The translations under genes were made by a program, and so were the position numbers. A DNA stretch of 64,000 bases from Amoeboaphelidium protococcarum X5 (Eukaryota; Fungi; Aphelidiomycota): contig JALDTO010000158.1 in the NCBI GenBank assembly GCA_023515725.1, positions 372,001 to 436,000 on the forward strand, written 5' to 3'. Positions within the stretch are counted from its first letter, which is position 1; each line of letters begins with the position of its first letter. The notes under the pieces were generated by a model. That model was given only the letters and a program-made list of their open reading frames with translations, did not search any database and was not told the DNA's origin. This document shows positions 1-14,965 of this stretch, piece after piece.

Positions 1-45
1 AAGATCAATACTGTATAAACTATCGCTTACAACGAATATTTTAGA

Positions 46-766
46 ATGAGTTGTCTGAGAGAGTTATAGGCTACAGATCTGTTCGGAATATCAAAAATGT
101 ATGCTTCAATTCGTACATGTATTTTATATCATGTCATTGGTGATACCGTGTAGAAATCTTGATCCACTGACAGAGACTTACAATTTGTCGTATTATTTGA
201 CTTATTTATTGCGATGGCCCACTTATAATTATAAGACGTGCTCACCGTCATCGTCAGTTATGTCTTAGAACTCACCCGGACAGCCTGCCGTAATTACTGG
301 ATATGTACTAGGTAAGGCTGAAGGTACTGGTGCTAACTGGCATGGACATGTCACCGCGCTGACCACTCTGAACTCCCATAGAAAGACTGGAGTTGCAAAG
401 ACTTTGATGAACCACTTGGAATGCGTATCGTAGGAATTTTATGATGGATTCTTTGTGGATCTATTTGTAAGGGTGAGTAATAAGGTGGCTGTACAGATGT
501 ATACCTCAATGGGTTATGTTGTTTATCGCCGCGTTTTACAGTACTACTCTGGTTGCATCGATCCTAATGGCTCATCTGCTAGTGGCGATGAAGACGCGTT
601 TGGTAAGACTTTATTTTAGCAATCATGTATCACCTTATGGTCATTGTTGTTGTAATTGATGAAATTGATATTCCATTATGTAGATATGAGGAAAAGTCTT
701 AGGCGTGATCCACAGAGGCTGTCAATGATACCGTTGAAGCATCCTGTCACTGCAGATGAAGTATGA
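46..766 (+). CDS. NAA20: NatB N-terminal acetyltransferase catalytic subunit; 3 exons (introns 99-153 and 603-683)
   Basis: Spliced translation gives NLDPLTETY...GYVLGKAEG...WHGHVTALT...FVDLFVRVSN...YRRVLQYYS...DEDAFDMRK. Both introns are GT..AG. In-frame TAG read as Gln; ends at TGA. Confidence 0.92.
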
Positions 767-864
767 TTATCTAAATGTTTCATCACTGTGTGATGCATTG
801 TAAACGACGTCAAATTAGTTTAAGATAGGATATATATTTTTATGTAAGAATTCATAAAAGACAT

Positions 865-1209
865 TCACGCACCGCCACCTAAGAAAGACGAGACTATACT
901 CCCAACGGAAGATCCAATACCTGAATTTGTACCAGTATCAGCGACCGAGCCGATTGACTGGGCTAAACCGCCCCAGTTGCCAGACATGGCGGAGCTTACG
1001 ATACCTTAAATTCCAGAGCTAAGAGCACCACCATTGACGGCTCCACCACCACCTCCACCACCACCAAAGCCACCTAGAAGGCCCCCAAGGCCGCCGCTTT
1101 TAAATGAACCACCACCTTTGCCGCCGAGTAGACCCCCGAGGAAGCCAAATGGCAATGCAAGAGATTATAAAATCAAGATTGATATCAAAACTATGCTTAA
1201 AAATTTCAT
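865..1209 (-). CDS. Small secreted glycine-rich protein, paralog 1 (114 aa)
   Basis: Signal peptide MKFLSIVLISILILQSLALP, Gly-rich middle, C-terminal GIQGIVSSAMSGNWGGLAQSIGSVADTGTNSGIGSSVG shared with the two neighbouring paralogs. Confidence 0.85.
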
Positions 1210-1781
1210 TATTTTAGATGAGCAGTATATTGAGATATGTGTACAGATTGTCGGAAGGGAAAGAGAAGTAATCATACAATGTAAAAATTGGTCGATCTTT
1301 TATATTGATACTGTACTGTTGCAACTCAAGTCACACTGGCTACATTGATTGGACCGATTGGGCCACAATCGGTAACAATACAAAGTCACAATATCGTCTA
1401 GGTATCCTCTAATGGTCACAAGATAATGAGGCCGCGTAGCATATCTATAAGATGACGTAACAGGTTAGATTTATCGATCTCTAAAATAGTAATAGTCTAC
1501 TAACAGTACTAAATCTGCATAAACCTGTAGACGCGTTTGAGGAAGATTGTGTCGATGCCCGCTTTTTATAAACGCGCAGTCAAACATCGTACTAAAGCGT
1601 TTAGTTGATACTCTGCGGATATACTGTAGTAGAAAGGGCTCAAAGTGGTAAAAGACTCGAATCATCTTAAAGGTCACTGCATAGAATGATTTCGATTTCG
1701 GCTAATCTTGTAAAAATCTTCTAAAATTGACATAATATTTATTAAAATCACAAAAGGATATTGAACACCCATACACATACA

Positions 1782-2309
1782 TCACCTGCGCAAGAATCCA
1801 CCGACTAGATTGCCGATAGATGAGCCAAGACCGGTGTTTGTGCCAGTATCTGCAACAGCTCCTATATTAGATGCAAGGCCACTCCAATCACCAGAGAGTG
1901 CTGAGCCAACAATTCCTTGAATTCCTGAGGATAGAGCAGCGGGATCAACATTTGCACTCTTACCTCCCTTATCGAGAGGCCCACCTGCACCAGCACCACC
2001 GGCACCAGCATCTCCACCTGCACTAGCGCCAGCACTAGCACCTGCAGCAGCAGCACCACCACCAGGGGCACCGCTCAACTCACCGCCTGGCCCAACAGAA
2101 ACACCACTACCAGCACCTGCAGTTCCCATTGGACCGCCTTGAGAAGCACCAGCCTCTGCCCCAGGACAAGACCCTTTACCAAACATTGATTTAAATCCAC
2201 ATTTACTGCCGAACAATTTCGACATGAAAAAATGAGGCAGGGCGACCGTGTTTGAAACTAGCACCAGAGATATCAAAAGAGCAAAGGATATCAAAGAGAA
2301 GGCCTTCAT
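1782..2309 (-). CDS. Small secreted glycine-rich protein, paralog 2 (175 aa)
   Basis: Intact ORF in the track; signal peptide, Gly/Ala-rich linker, conserved C-terminal GIQGIVGSALSGDWSGLASNIGAVADTGTNTGLGSSIG. Confidence 0.88.
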   Translation of the reverse strand: MKAFSLISFALLISLVLVSNTVALPHFFMSKLFGSKCGFKSMFGKGSCPGAEAGASQGGPMGTAGAGSGVSVGPGGELSGAPGGGAAAAGASAGASAGGDAGAGGAGAGGPLDKGGKSANVDPAALSSGIQGIVGSALSGDWSGLASNIGAVADTGTNTGLGSSIGNLVGGFLRR

Positions 2310-2820
2310 TATGAGTGAGGATACGCGTTATTGGGGATAATATTAATTGCAGAAAGAGAGACGATTGCAATTAATGATAGGAGGTTGTACTATCAAAGTT
2401 TTGATGAATGTGTCACAAAGCACTTGGGGGAAGTATTCAGATTGGCTGCAACGGTAACACAAATAGCTTGAGTCAATCACAACGACAATCAATCAGTCAC
2501 AGACATGCAGTATAACAGCAACAAAATACATGAAGTAAGACTTTTCAGGGTAAACGCGTCCAACTATGTGATTATTGAAGCAATCTTGAACTAAGTTGTT
2601 AATTGAGAAATGTCCAATGAAACGTCTCCCTGCATAATCGGAATCGTTTGGAGACTTTGTTGAGTACACAACTTTATTGAACGTAAAGAAATGAAATAAT
2701 TGTGCAAAATATTCTTCTCATAAAGTATTATAATCATCAATGATATTAACAAAAATCAAGTCATTTGAACACTAGAATTTTAGTGCTTTAAAATGATAAG
2801 AGCCTCACATAGACTTGCGA

Positions 2821-3321
2821 TCAGCGACGGAAGAAGCTTCCTACCATATTACCTATGGACGAACCAAGTCCCGTATTCGTACCAGTGTCAGCTACAGAGC
2901 CAATATTAGATGCGAGACCGCTCCAATCTCCGGATAAAGCCGAACCAACAATTCCCTATATTCCTTGAGCTAGAGCACCGCCATCAACCGCACCCTTACC
3001 ACCACCTGCACCACCGGCGTCTGCACCTGCACTCGCGCCTGCACCTGCACCAGCATCTGCACTAGCTCCTGCACCGGCGTCCATCATTCCCCCTGACCCC
3101 ATTCCAGCACCACTACCACCAGAAGAAGGGCCAGACATACCCATCGCGCCACCACTACCACCCATACCTGATGCACCCGCTCCTGAGCCGGAAGAGTACT
3201 TTCCACCATCGTCACCACAGCCTTTACCTTTCAGCAATTTTTTCATGTGATGAAATGTTGGAACAGCTAGCGCGTATTAGATCAACATTGTGATCAAAAT
3301 CAAAGTATACTACAATTTCAT
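2821..3321 (-). CDS. Small secreted glycine-rich protein, paralog 3 (166 aa)
   Basis: Signal MKLQYTLILITMLIQYALAVP; C-terminus GIVGSALSGDWSGLASNIGSVADTGTNTGLGSSIGNMVGSFFRR then TGA. Confidence 0.85.
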
Positions 3322-3674
3322 ATTATCAATTTGGTTGTAACTTATTACTATATTAACAGCAGATTGATAAATAAACGATAAGCAAAGTAAAGGCAATCCA
3401 TCATTGTCATGAAGTCAATTGCTTAATTAGAAGTAATACAAAAGATTGCACAACGGTCACTGGCAGTAGTTTTAAACCCTTTAATTGGCAGATGGGATCG
3501 AAATTTAGCCACCGATCGATCACAAGCTATCTTTGTACGCCCCATCGTAGCACTTGTAACTACGGACGGTTCAGAAACTCTATAAATTATACAACAAAAA
3601 TAGAAGTAGTAAAAAAGTAGTGTGTAAAACCCTGTTAATACTTAGTGTATGAATTTATAGAAGGCTTACCCATA

Positions 3675-4670
3675 TCATTTACGACCTTTCTTCGACTTGG
3701 TCTTTTTCTAAGCCTTCCGGTTGTCCAAATTCTCTTGACGCTTCTTAGCCTTCATATCAATACCCTTCTTCACAGCCTTAAGCCGCTTATCCCAATCCTT
3801 TTTGCTCTTCTGCTTCTGCTTTTCAAGCTTCTTTGCAGACTTCTTCAGAAGATTCGCGTCAGTTTGTACTTTTTATCCATCAGCCTTCTTTAACACGGTA
3901 CTCCATTTCTACTGCTCTTTCATTTCAGAAGCCTTCTACGCGTCAACTGCCTCAAGCTACTTGATCTTGGTCTCCTGTGCTTGCACCTTCTCTAACGCCT
4001 ACTTTGGATTGATTTTCTGCTTCTTGGACGCCTTTGCAATACGGTCAACACTCTTTACCACTGTGCCATCACCAATTTCTATTTTATTAAACGCGACTTC
4101 TGATGAAGAGGACACTGTTACAGATGAAGATGTCTGCTCAGCAGAGCTGCCCGCTGTTGCAGCAGTAGTCTCCACAGCCGTTGCATGCGCACCTTTCTAC
4201 ATGTTACCGGAAGACTTTTGCTTCTTACTGGATTGCTCCTTCTTATCCTTCTGGCGCCTTTTTCTCTTACTATCACCATCAGCTTTGCGCTAGGATCTCA
4301 ACTCTTCGATTCTTGAATTCAAACGCGCTCGCAGCTCTTCCATTGAAGGAGTTTAGGATGAAGAGGACACGGACTTGACGCCATTCTCTGTCTACAAATT
4401 GTTATCATCAGCATGACCATTACCACTATCATCAGCAGATTACGCGACTTTCTTGGCAGTGGTAGAGTGATCTATGGCAGGATCTAATTTGGCAGTTTTT
4501 TACAACTTTTTCATCTACGCAAATGTCTGATTGTTCTCTTTGATAGTCTTCTTGTTGAAGATGTACTTGCTATTAGGCACTTGAGGCTCATTCTCCTGTA
4601 TGTAAAACTTGGCTGGAATAAGATCAATCAGCTGATTAATGTCATCAGACAAGGCCACAATTGCATCCAT
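3675..4670 (-). CDS. RRP14: Ribosome biogenesis protein Rrp14/SURF6 family
   Basis: N-terminal LIDLIPAKFY and Lys-rich C-terminal TDANLLKKSAKKLEKQKQKSKKDWDKR...KRQENLDNRK; open with TAR=Gln. Confidence 0.8.
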
Positions 4671-4893
4671 GATTATAGATTATTTAATCCAACGAATTGC
4701 CGCAATAATTTTCACCAGATTTGAAGTATTTTCTCTGTTGAAAGCGCTTCGCATCGGTCGCGTCCATTTTTCTAAATTTCTCAAATTCTTCTCATCTTTC
4801 CCATTGCATTATTCTAAAGTAGGTAGTTGTTCTAATTAGCTTATTTAAATACCGCATCCTTAAGAGCACAACTGAAGGGAAATATTTATAGAA

Positions 4894-5862
4894 ATGAGAC
4901 CAATTATTTTACATGGACACACACGTCCTTTGACTTAGATTGCTTATAACAAGGATGGCGATCTATTATTTACTGCTGCCAAGGACAAGTCGCCGAATGT
5001 ATATTACGCTCACAATGGAGAGTAATTGGGTACTTTTGATGGTCATAATGGTGCCGTGCTGTCGCTATCGGTCAGCTAAGATTCTTCAAGATTATTGACT
5101 TCTAGCGCTGATCAGACTGCAATTATGTGGCGCGTAGAGACTGGAGAAGTTTTATAAAAGTGGTAGTTTAACAGTCCTGTCAGGTGTGCGCAATTCGATG
5201 GATACTCTGACACCATGTTCTTGATCCTTACTGATTCAATGCTATAGAATCCGTCTACTCTTAATATCTATGAGGTTGGCCAGGAGGAAGCGCTAAAATC
5301 TATAGTCATTGAAGGTCCGCGTGCCTAGAGTGCCAGATGGGGTCCTCTCCGTAAAACTATAATTTTGGCACATCAAGATGGAAGTCTATCCGTCTATGAC
5401 TCTGCGAGTGGAGAGAAGGTGAAGTCGCTGAAAGTTCACAGTGCTCCAATTACTGATATGCAGTTGTACAAAGATAAGACTTATCTGATCACCAGTTCCA
5501 AAGATGAGACTAGTAAGATTGTGGATCTGATCAACTTCAAGATAGTCAAGACTTACACTAGCGACCGACCTCTGAACAGTGCGTGTCTATCACCAATCTA
5601 TGAACAAGTGATACTAGGCGGTGGTCAAGAGGCTAGAGATGTGACTACTACTAGCGCCAAGGCTGGTAGATTTGAGATTTGTTTCTTCCACAGAGTATTT
5701 GCTGAGGAAATTGGACGTGTCAAGGGTCATTTCGGTCCAGTCAATACTCTCGCCTTCAATCCTGACGGGAAAAGCTTTGCCAGTGGTGGAGAAGATGGTT
5801 ATGTGAGAATTAATCACTTTGACCCAGACTACTTTGAATATGATTATGATATGGAAGCATGA
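4894..5862 (+). CDS. TIF34: Translation initiation factor eIF3 subunit i (WD40)
   Basis: MRPIILHGHTRPLTQ(TAG)IAYNKDGDLLFTAAKD...GGGQEARDVTTT...GRVKGHFGPVNTLAFNPDG...GGEDGYVR. Confidence 0.96.
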
Positions 5863-7316
5863 AGTCATGAAAATAAACTAGCTCATGTCAAAATGATAAA
5901 CCTTTTTTTTATTTGATATCCTAAATTCATTCTCACTTTGTCACACCGTGTCGTTGTCGCGCGAGCGATTACGTGTCACCAGAAATTGTTTGTTCGCGTT
6001 CTCTAATTACTATTCACTCGTTGCTCACTTATCTTCTTCATCGAGATAATTCTAGCATAGGCAACAGTGTATCTGCACTTGAAGATGTCCTCGCTCTGGA
6101 TCGAGTTCCTCCATTGCTGTTGGACCAGTGAGGATTTAACGCCTAGTTAAATACTTCACTACACAGGGTGAGATACCTGTGTAAATTTATATAAAGTGTG
6201 TCCAGTATGATTACAGACGTTAAAGGGGCACAACAATGGGCACTGTAACACGTGTCTTTAGGTGTCCTTATATTGAAGGTAATGTGTTAATTGAGTTAAT
6301 GGAAGGCACAGATTCGATGTTAACAGATCTTGCTTTAAAAAAGTATGACACATTGCTTGTGAAAGATATTGAATGTATCGACTAAAAGCATCTAGTGTTT
6401 CATACGACGAAGTGTGATTTAGTTCAGAAAGTCCCACGCATGGTAGATTAAAGCGTGACACTATGTATTTTACACTTGTGTGTTGGTGACTGCATCTGAG
6501 TTTCTGTATCTCAACGAACCTGAGGCTTTGGGAACTTTAGATGTTAAATGTCTTAACTGAATTACATTCTTGAAGGATGCACAACCAGACACACCTGTAG
6601 TGTTTGGAAGGATCTCAAGAACGGGACAAGCAATTGCGGTAATGCTAATGCTGTTGATCCTCACTTGGAAAGGCAAAAAACATAGGCTGAAGTGCCAGAA
6701 TAGTTAGAGTAGATAGTCTTGGTAAATTCCCAGTCATCAAGGCGCGGTTTATAATTGTGGAACGGGAATGAAAAATGCCATTAAGAATTGAAATCCTCTT
6801 CCATTAATTGATACGATTTTAGACACGTTATAGAGATGACAAGTACATCTTGATTAACGCCGCGTTGTAATAGTCCTACCGCTTAAATGCCTCTATTGCG
6901 TGAAATGTATCACATTTGTGATCAAGATGGAGGATCTGCAGAAAGATTTGAAAGAGGCGCGGCGATTTATCTCATCATCAGAAACTTGAATGTTCTGCAT
7001 AAAATACTCTTTTTAATCCAAGTAGTGAAGCGTATTATCCTGTTCTTTAGATAAAAGAAGTAGTTGACAATGCTTTCATAGTTAAACACAGCACGCGTTC
7101 AACATCCGCAGACTTGATGGTAATATGATTGCTAGTAGATGACCTTTGTAGACTCGAGAAGAGCTGTCCAGGTGCTGTGGCGTCACTGGACTCGTTAATT
7201 TATAAAAAAGCTGTTAAATAACTAATTAATATTTCAAAATGGTTAACTTTTATTGTTTTGATTTTCCAATTTCAAAATCATTTCATTATACGTAGGTAGG
7301 TACTGGAGAGTCTTGA

Positions 7317-7742
7317 TCACAGCAAGTAAGCAAAGAATGCAATTACAGAGGATACAGCAACAGAAGCCATGTTGACAGCGGACACTGAATGAGACGCGTC
7401 AGATGTGATGCCAGTCTAGTTCTTGAACTGATCAATGACGTCACCAGACTTGTTCACAGCGTTATTGAAAGTATTAACAACACCATCCTTGGCTCCATTA
7501 AAAACATTAGTAGTACCATTAGCAACCTTGTTGAAAGTTTCCTCAGATCCACTGACGACAGTGTTAAAAGCGCCAGTTGTACCATTAGCCACAGTACCAG
7601 CAGCAGTCTACACACCATTGACGACAGAATCGGCAGCAGAGGATGTACTGTTCTTCACCTGCTCAATAGTATCAGGGACGGTGGCAGCACTAGAGGACAC
7701 GGCGAGAATAGCTAGGATTACAGATGCGGAGATTACCTTCAT
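7317..7742 (-). CDS. Small secreted, probably GPI-anchored surface protein (141 aa)
   Basis: Signal MKVISASVILAILAVSSSA, repeated VANGTT/FN segments, hydrophobic C-terminal tail MASVAVSSVIAFFAYLL then TGA. Confidence 0.7.
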
Positions 7743-8440
7743 ATTTATTATTCTTTTTAAAAGAGTTTATATATTTACTAAGACAAAGCTTATGATAAGA
7801 TAAAGAGAAAAGAAAATTCAAAAGATAATATGAGGGGTTTTATTCAACACTGTGCCCCTTATTCACCTTTACTTGGCCGTGTATTCATCGATCCAGATTC
7901 GGAAATCTTCGTGATTCATTGACAAACTCCTGACCAATAAGTTGTCCTTTTTCAGATAAACCCGTTTCAAATGATTTCATCATGTCAGTCAGTGTAAGCG
8001 CCTCATAAACTGCATATCATGTTAAATCATTGTATATAGTTGTCCTTAATTTATCATCGACACATTGCATTAAACCTTTAATTTTGATACGATTTGAGTC
8101 CACAAACTGCTCCTAATACAGTGTAAGATATCACAAATCTCATTGTACAGTTTGCGATACCATTAATAATTAATTAATACTTTCACACAAGTTTTGTGCC
8201 AACATAACAATCGAATATTATTTGATCAACTTATCTAGCCTGCATTAGTAATACGCCCAATGATATCATTCAAGTAGTGATGAAGAACATTCGGCCAAGT
8301 GAACGCGTCGTTTCCGTCGTTTGTTGCGCTGATCAGGTGAAAGTTTTTAAAGCGTCATCTTGCTGCTCTTTTCCGCTCTCTGATTAATATATTTTGAAAT
8401 CCTAAATCTCAATTCAACCTTATTTAATCATTCCTTTGAT

Positions 8441-10588
<2,148 letters not shown>

Positions 10589-10723
10589 GTATGTGCTTCA
10601 CCGATTTAATATATCAGATTGAGTAGAAATTGCTACTATATTACAAGTACTTTATTTTACTAACCAGCGACATTATTTCTTCATTTAAGATCAATCATAC
10701 GAATAAAGTTATAGGACGGCATA

Positions 10724-11263
10724 TCATTCTTCAGACTAGTTTTGAGCAACAAAATAATTTGCAGCCGCCAAGCTTAGAGAATGAGTGCTTGCAAAGTGTT
10801 CAGCGTTAAACTTGGGACGATCACGAATAGTGGCCTCCACCTCGTCTGCCATCAGTTCATCATCCTACTAATATAGAAGAAACACGTAGCGATGTAAACC
10901 AGTTCTGGCAGGAGGAGCAGGGCCCATGTAAGGTGTAATCTCTTGACCTGTTTCAACTTGACCCGCCGTGATGTTGATCACTAACCAATGTCGGAACTGG
11001 GCAAATGTAGGATGCTCATGCGCCGGAGCATCCGGATCAACCATAATCAGCGTGTACCTTTCAGCGGAAGCTCCTAATGCGTGCAAATCAATTGATGGCT
11101 CTTATTGCGTGTCATGAATCGAGAGTTCATTACCAAAATCAACTTTAGTCTGTTTGTAAGAGACGCCAAGAGGAGACAGATCCGACTCTTGCTTAATCAC
11201 ATCAGGGATGACTTTGCCTTTCAGTAGCTTTTTAACAGCCTCATTCCCAATGACTTTGGCCAT
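10724..11263 (-). CDS. Phosphatidylethanolamine-binding protein (PEBP/RKIP/Tfs1 family)
   Basis: VIPDV, YTLIMVDPDAP, FRHWLVINI, YMGPAPP..TGLHRYVFLLYQQ, AANYF. Confidence 0.93.
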
Positions 11264-11535
11264 TTCGATTAAAATAGACTATGGTGTTAAATTTAAGCGG
11301 CGCGATAATGAAAAGAAGTGATACTTGTCATAACGGTTGAATTGTGACACAATCTTTATGCACGTGATTCATCATTGAAGTTTTAACAATGTACAGTACA
11401 AGCACGCTAGAACTTTAGTCCACTAGAACAGCAATATGCGCTATCATGCATAACAAATTTTATTCGGCGGCTTAAAAAAGGTATCTATTGAGACAGTATA
11501 GTAGCTCCTATAGATAAAATAGATGCAGCAAAAAT

Positions 11536-11608
11536 AGGCGTTACTCGGATTCGAACCGAGGTTAAGCGAGTTAAAGTCGCGGGTCCTAAACCACTAGACG
11601 ATAACGCA
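11536..11608 (-). tRNA. tRNA with UUA anticodon (putative tRNA-Gln decoding UAA, possibly also UAG)
   Basis: Cloverleaf TGCGTTA-TC-GTCT-AGTGGTTTA-GGAC-C-CGCGA-CT[TTA]AC-TCGCT-TAAC-CTCGG-TTCGAAT-CCGAG-TAACGCC-T, followed by a T5 Pol III terminator. The 3' CC-U73 end is as in eukaryotic tRNA-Gln. Confidence 0.9.
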
Positions 11609-11717
11609 TGATTCAGCGGAAAATCTGCAGAAACACTCAATATAATCAATAGTACTTTCAAAGTGAAAGGTCAACGTTTCATGATGGTGACATGAAATTT
11701 ATTTAAATCAATTGCAT

Positions 11718-14711
11718 TCATTACTTCAGTCTGAACTATGATAGTTGTTCGAACATATTTTAGATAGGAGGCCTACGAGAAGATGACGCATCCCAGCAAA
11801 GCTCAATAGTTGACTTTAGAGCAATCATGCGCGGAGACTTATCATCTTTAATTTGCTGTGGCCAAGACGGCCTCGAACCACTCATGATCATTTCTATCAC
11901 CGCATTCTGCTCACAGCCATTCCAAGCGGGCTGCTTACACATCATCTCAAATCCCATGATCGAGACAGAGTACACATCAAGCGAGAGCTTAACTTAAGGC
12001 GGCAATTCTTCCTATGCTAGTTGTGGGTTAATGATACGAGCCACCAGCTCTGGTGCGGCGTAATTGACAGACAACCCTTAAAACTTGGATATCTAAAAAG
12101 CAGACACCAGCAGGGCTCTATTGGAAACGATCTGTGCTATACCAAAATCTGAAATGACTGCATGAAATGGCGCATTCCCATTATCACGGCCTAGCATTAT
12201 GTTAGCCGGCTTGATGTCGGAATGCACAAATCCTTGTCGATGCATTTCAGATAGCCCTTCGATAACATCAACCAGCAGAGAGAACATCAAATCTTGAGAC
12301 CATTGCGCATATGAAGATCTGCCAGTCAGCACGTCTTCAATGTTCCCGAACGGATAGAACTTCATTACGATAGTGTTCGGTCGAGTGCTAAAGCCTACGA
12401 GTTTGACGAATAGCTTATTATTGCTTAAGAAACTGAGCATAGAGACTTCTTGCACAAACTGTTATTACTCCTCAATCTGTGCCTCTGGAGACGACAATGG
12501 CTGAGGCTTGAACACCTTGATAGCACACACGTCCTCCTAAGCTCGTTAAATGCACATTGGATTCAACAGCTGTCCCTTGTAAACGGTCGCAAATCCACCT
12601 TCACCCAACTTTTCAGACATTGTGAAATCAGTGTTCAATGTCAGCATCAAGTATCCAGGCAGAGACATTTCCTATTAATCAGAAACTGCAGTTATAGCAG
12701 AAGTCATCGACGTTGCTGTTACCGTGGTGGCTTGAGGGATCATCAGCGTAGACATCTACTGATTCTCATACGATCGAGCTGCAGCAGCCTACATAACTAA
12801 TTACTTTCTCTTCCTGTATCTCTTGCGTCTTAGACGGTAAGCGATTACAAGACACGAGATGACAATAATCAGAAGCGCAACTCCGACCAAAACTGCATAC
12901 ACGTAATATTCTTGAATTAAAGACTGCAGAGAAAATTACGGAGTATTATTAGAAGCTCCCAGAGTAGACGTGGTGATTACGGTAGTAAATTATGATTTTA
13001 CTCCATGATTTGAAATACTCAAACCTAAATCAAAGGAGTATGGCATTTGATTAGTAGAACTTGTAATAAAAGTTATCTAGGAAGCAGTAGATAATAAAGA
13101 GGAAGTCTTTGCGATTGATGTTTAATATACCAAGCTAGGGGAATTGACAGAGCTTATACTGACAAACGCTGTACCAGCAGATGACACAGATTATGAAATC
13201 AGAGAGCTTGCAGCTGAACTAACCATAGAATTAGATACCACTGGATCGCTAAATGACGATGATGTAGTTTGTGCATTGCTTGACGATGCTGTAGTTTACA
13301 TATTGCTGGATGATTATGTAATTAATGCATTGCTTGTCGATACCATTTGTTCAGTGATAACGCTAATTGGGGTAGACGACGACTATTACTTGGTAGTCAA
13401 ACTACTGGAGTTCAATTACGAAGATAAAGACAGAGTGGACTAGACAGTCAAAGTATCCGTTACAGGCGGGGTGCTAGTAGAAGTAACTACCTTGGGCAAC
13501 ACTCTGAGTACATTGACTGATACCGATTATTATGCTGCATCAGGTAAAGACATGAATACCTAAACATTTTAGCGGACACTAGCAGCGCCGATAAACGGGC
13601 TTTGTGGAAAGTTATATGATCCAAAGCTAATTAATTCATACGTGGACGCGTTATATACAGCAATCTTATCACCTTAGCTAGGCCATGCAGAAGCGCCCAA
13701 AACAATATATGCATTCTCGTCTTCAGACGGGATCATAAAATAGGAGTTATATAGCAAAGATAGTCTTTGTACGCGATAAATTCCATGGCTAGTATTGGCA
13801 TAAACTACAGCTGGAGTCGCATTACCGAAGCTTAAATCAGTGTACAAGCCACCAATTATAGAGGAACCTGACGCAACGTCATTTAAAGTGAACTAGACAA
13901 CATCTCGTTGGGTCGTCAAAAGATTCAGGGATCTCTGTTAGTATGAGAAATCGCCGTTAGCTGCGACAGTAATACTCGTCAATCTAAACTACTAAGCATT
14001 TGGCGTAGCAGTTGAACTCGAAGGCACCATCTCAACGACAGAAGCGTACTACGTGTCAGACAGTTACTATTTGGGGAAACTACAGAAACGCCAGTCCAGA
14101 TAAGACAAAGCTCCTGTTGGTTTATTGGCACGCAAAGTGATAGAGAGAGATGACGGTTCTGCAGAAAATATCTAGAATCCATCATTGTACATGGCAGACA
14201 CCAAAAGCTGCGATGCCTTATCCAATACAAAATTCATTTTAGAAAACGACCCTGACGGCACGCTACCGGACCATGTCTCACTAAAAGAACTTGAGTACCT
14301 TTTCAACATGAAGACTTTTTACAAAAGTTACTGTTCAATGTACATCAGAAATACATTCGAATTGACTATTTAAAGTTAAGGACTTCGCAGATCGGAAGAA
14401 ATACTGAATACTGAAATGGTCTTTTGTCCAACCTTGCTATAGCTGTTACCATCCGCACTTTTTTATAGCTTAATCAATAGGATGTCACCAGACGCCAGAT
14501 TCGAAACATCCGTAGATTGCAGGTTAAGACCAGTTACAGAGTAATCGTATAAATTGCTATTTAACGCGACATTTATACTTTCCACAGAGCCACAGAGAGC
14601 AATGTAAATACTACCTGTTACATCGTCCACAGCCACGCTGAAATCTTCAGTATTTAACGCCTTAATGCAGTTAAACAATATAGCTATGCTTAATAGCTGG
14701 ATGAACTTCAT
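11718..14711 (-). CDS. Receptor-like protein kinase 1 (signal peptide, ectodomain, Ser/Thr stalk, TM, kinase), 997 aa
   Basis: MKFIQLLSIAILFNCIKA; TM YYVYAVLVGVALLIIVISCLVIAY-RLRRKR; LGEGGFATVYKG, HSDIKPANI, SDFG, NYAAPE. Confidence 0.9.
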
Positions 14712-14965
14712 ACTGTATACGGTAGAAGACAAATACAAGATTCTACTATATAATGAATTAAAACAAAATCTTCTGCACTTCTAGATGGAATAAAATAGCT
14801 CTATATATTATCAAATGCCAATGATGGATCTATAAATAGCTCTGGTTGCTGTGAAGTTGCGCGTCTTTGATTCTATTAACTTTGAGACATGATCAAATTT
14901 TGAATTATTGTTGGATTGCTTTTTCATGAATTTATTTTATTTCAATCTTAATTCACTCATGTTCA

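Noticed and set aside
1034-1348. Pro-rich + strand ORF in the track
   Set aside because: Antisense shadow of the Gly-rich gene 865-1209 (-).
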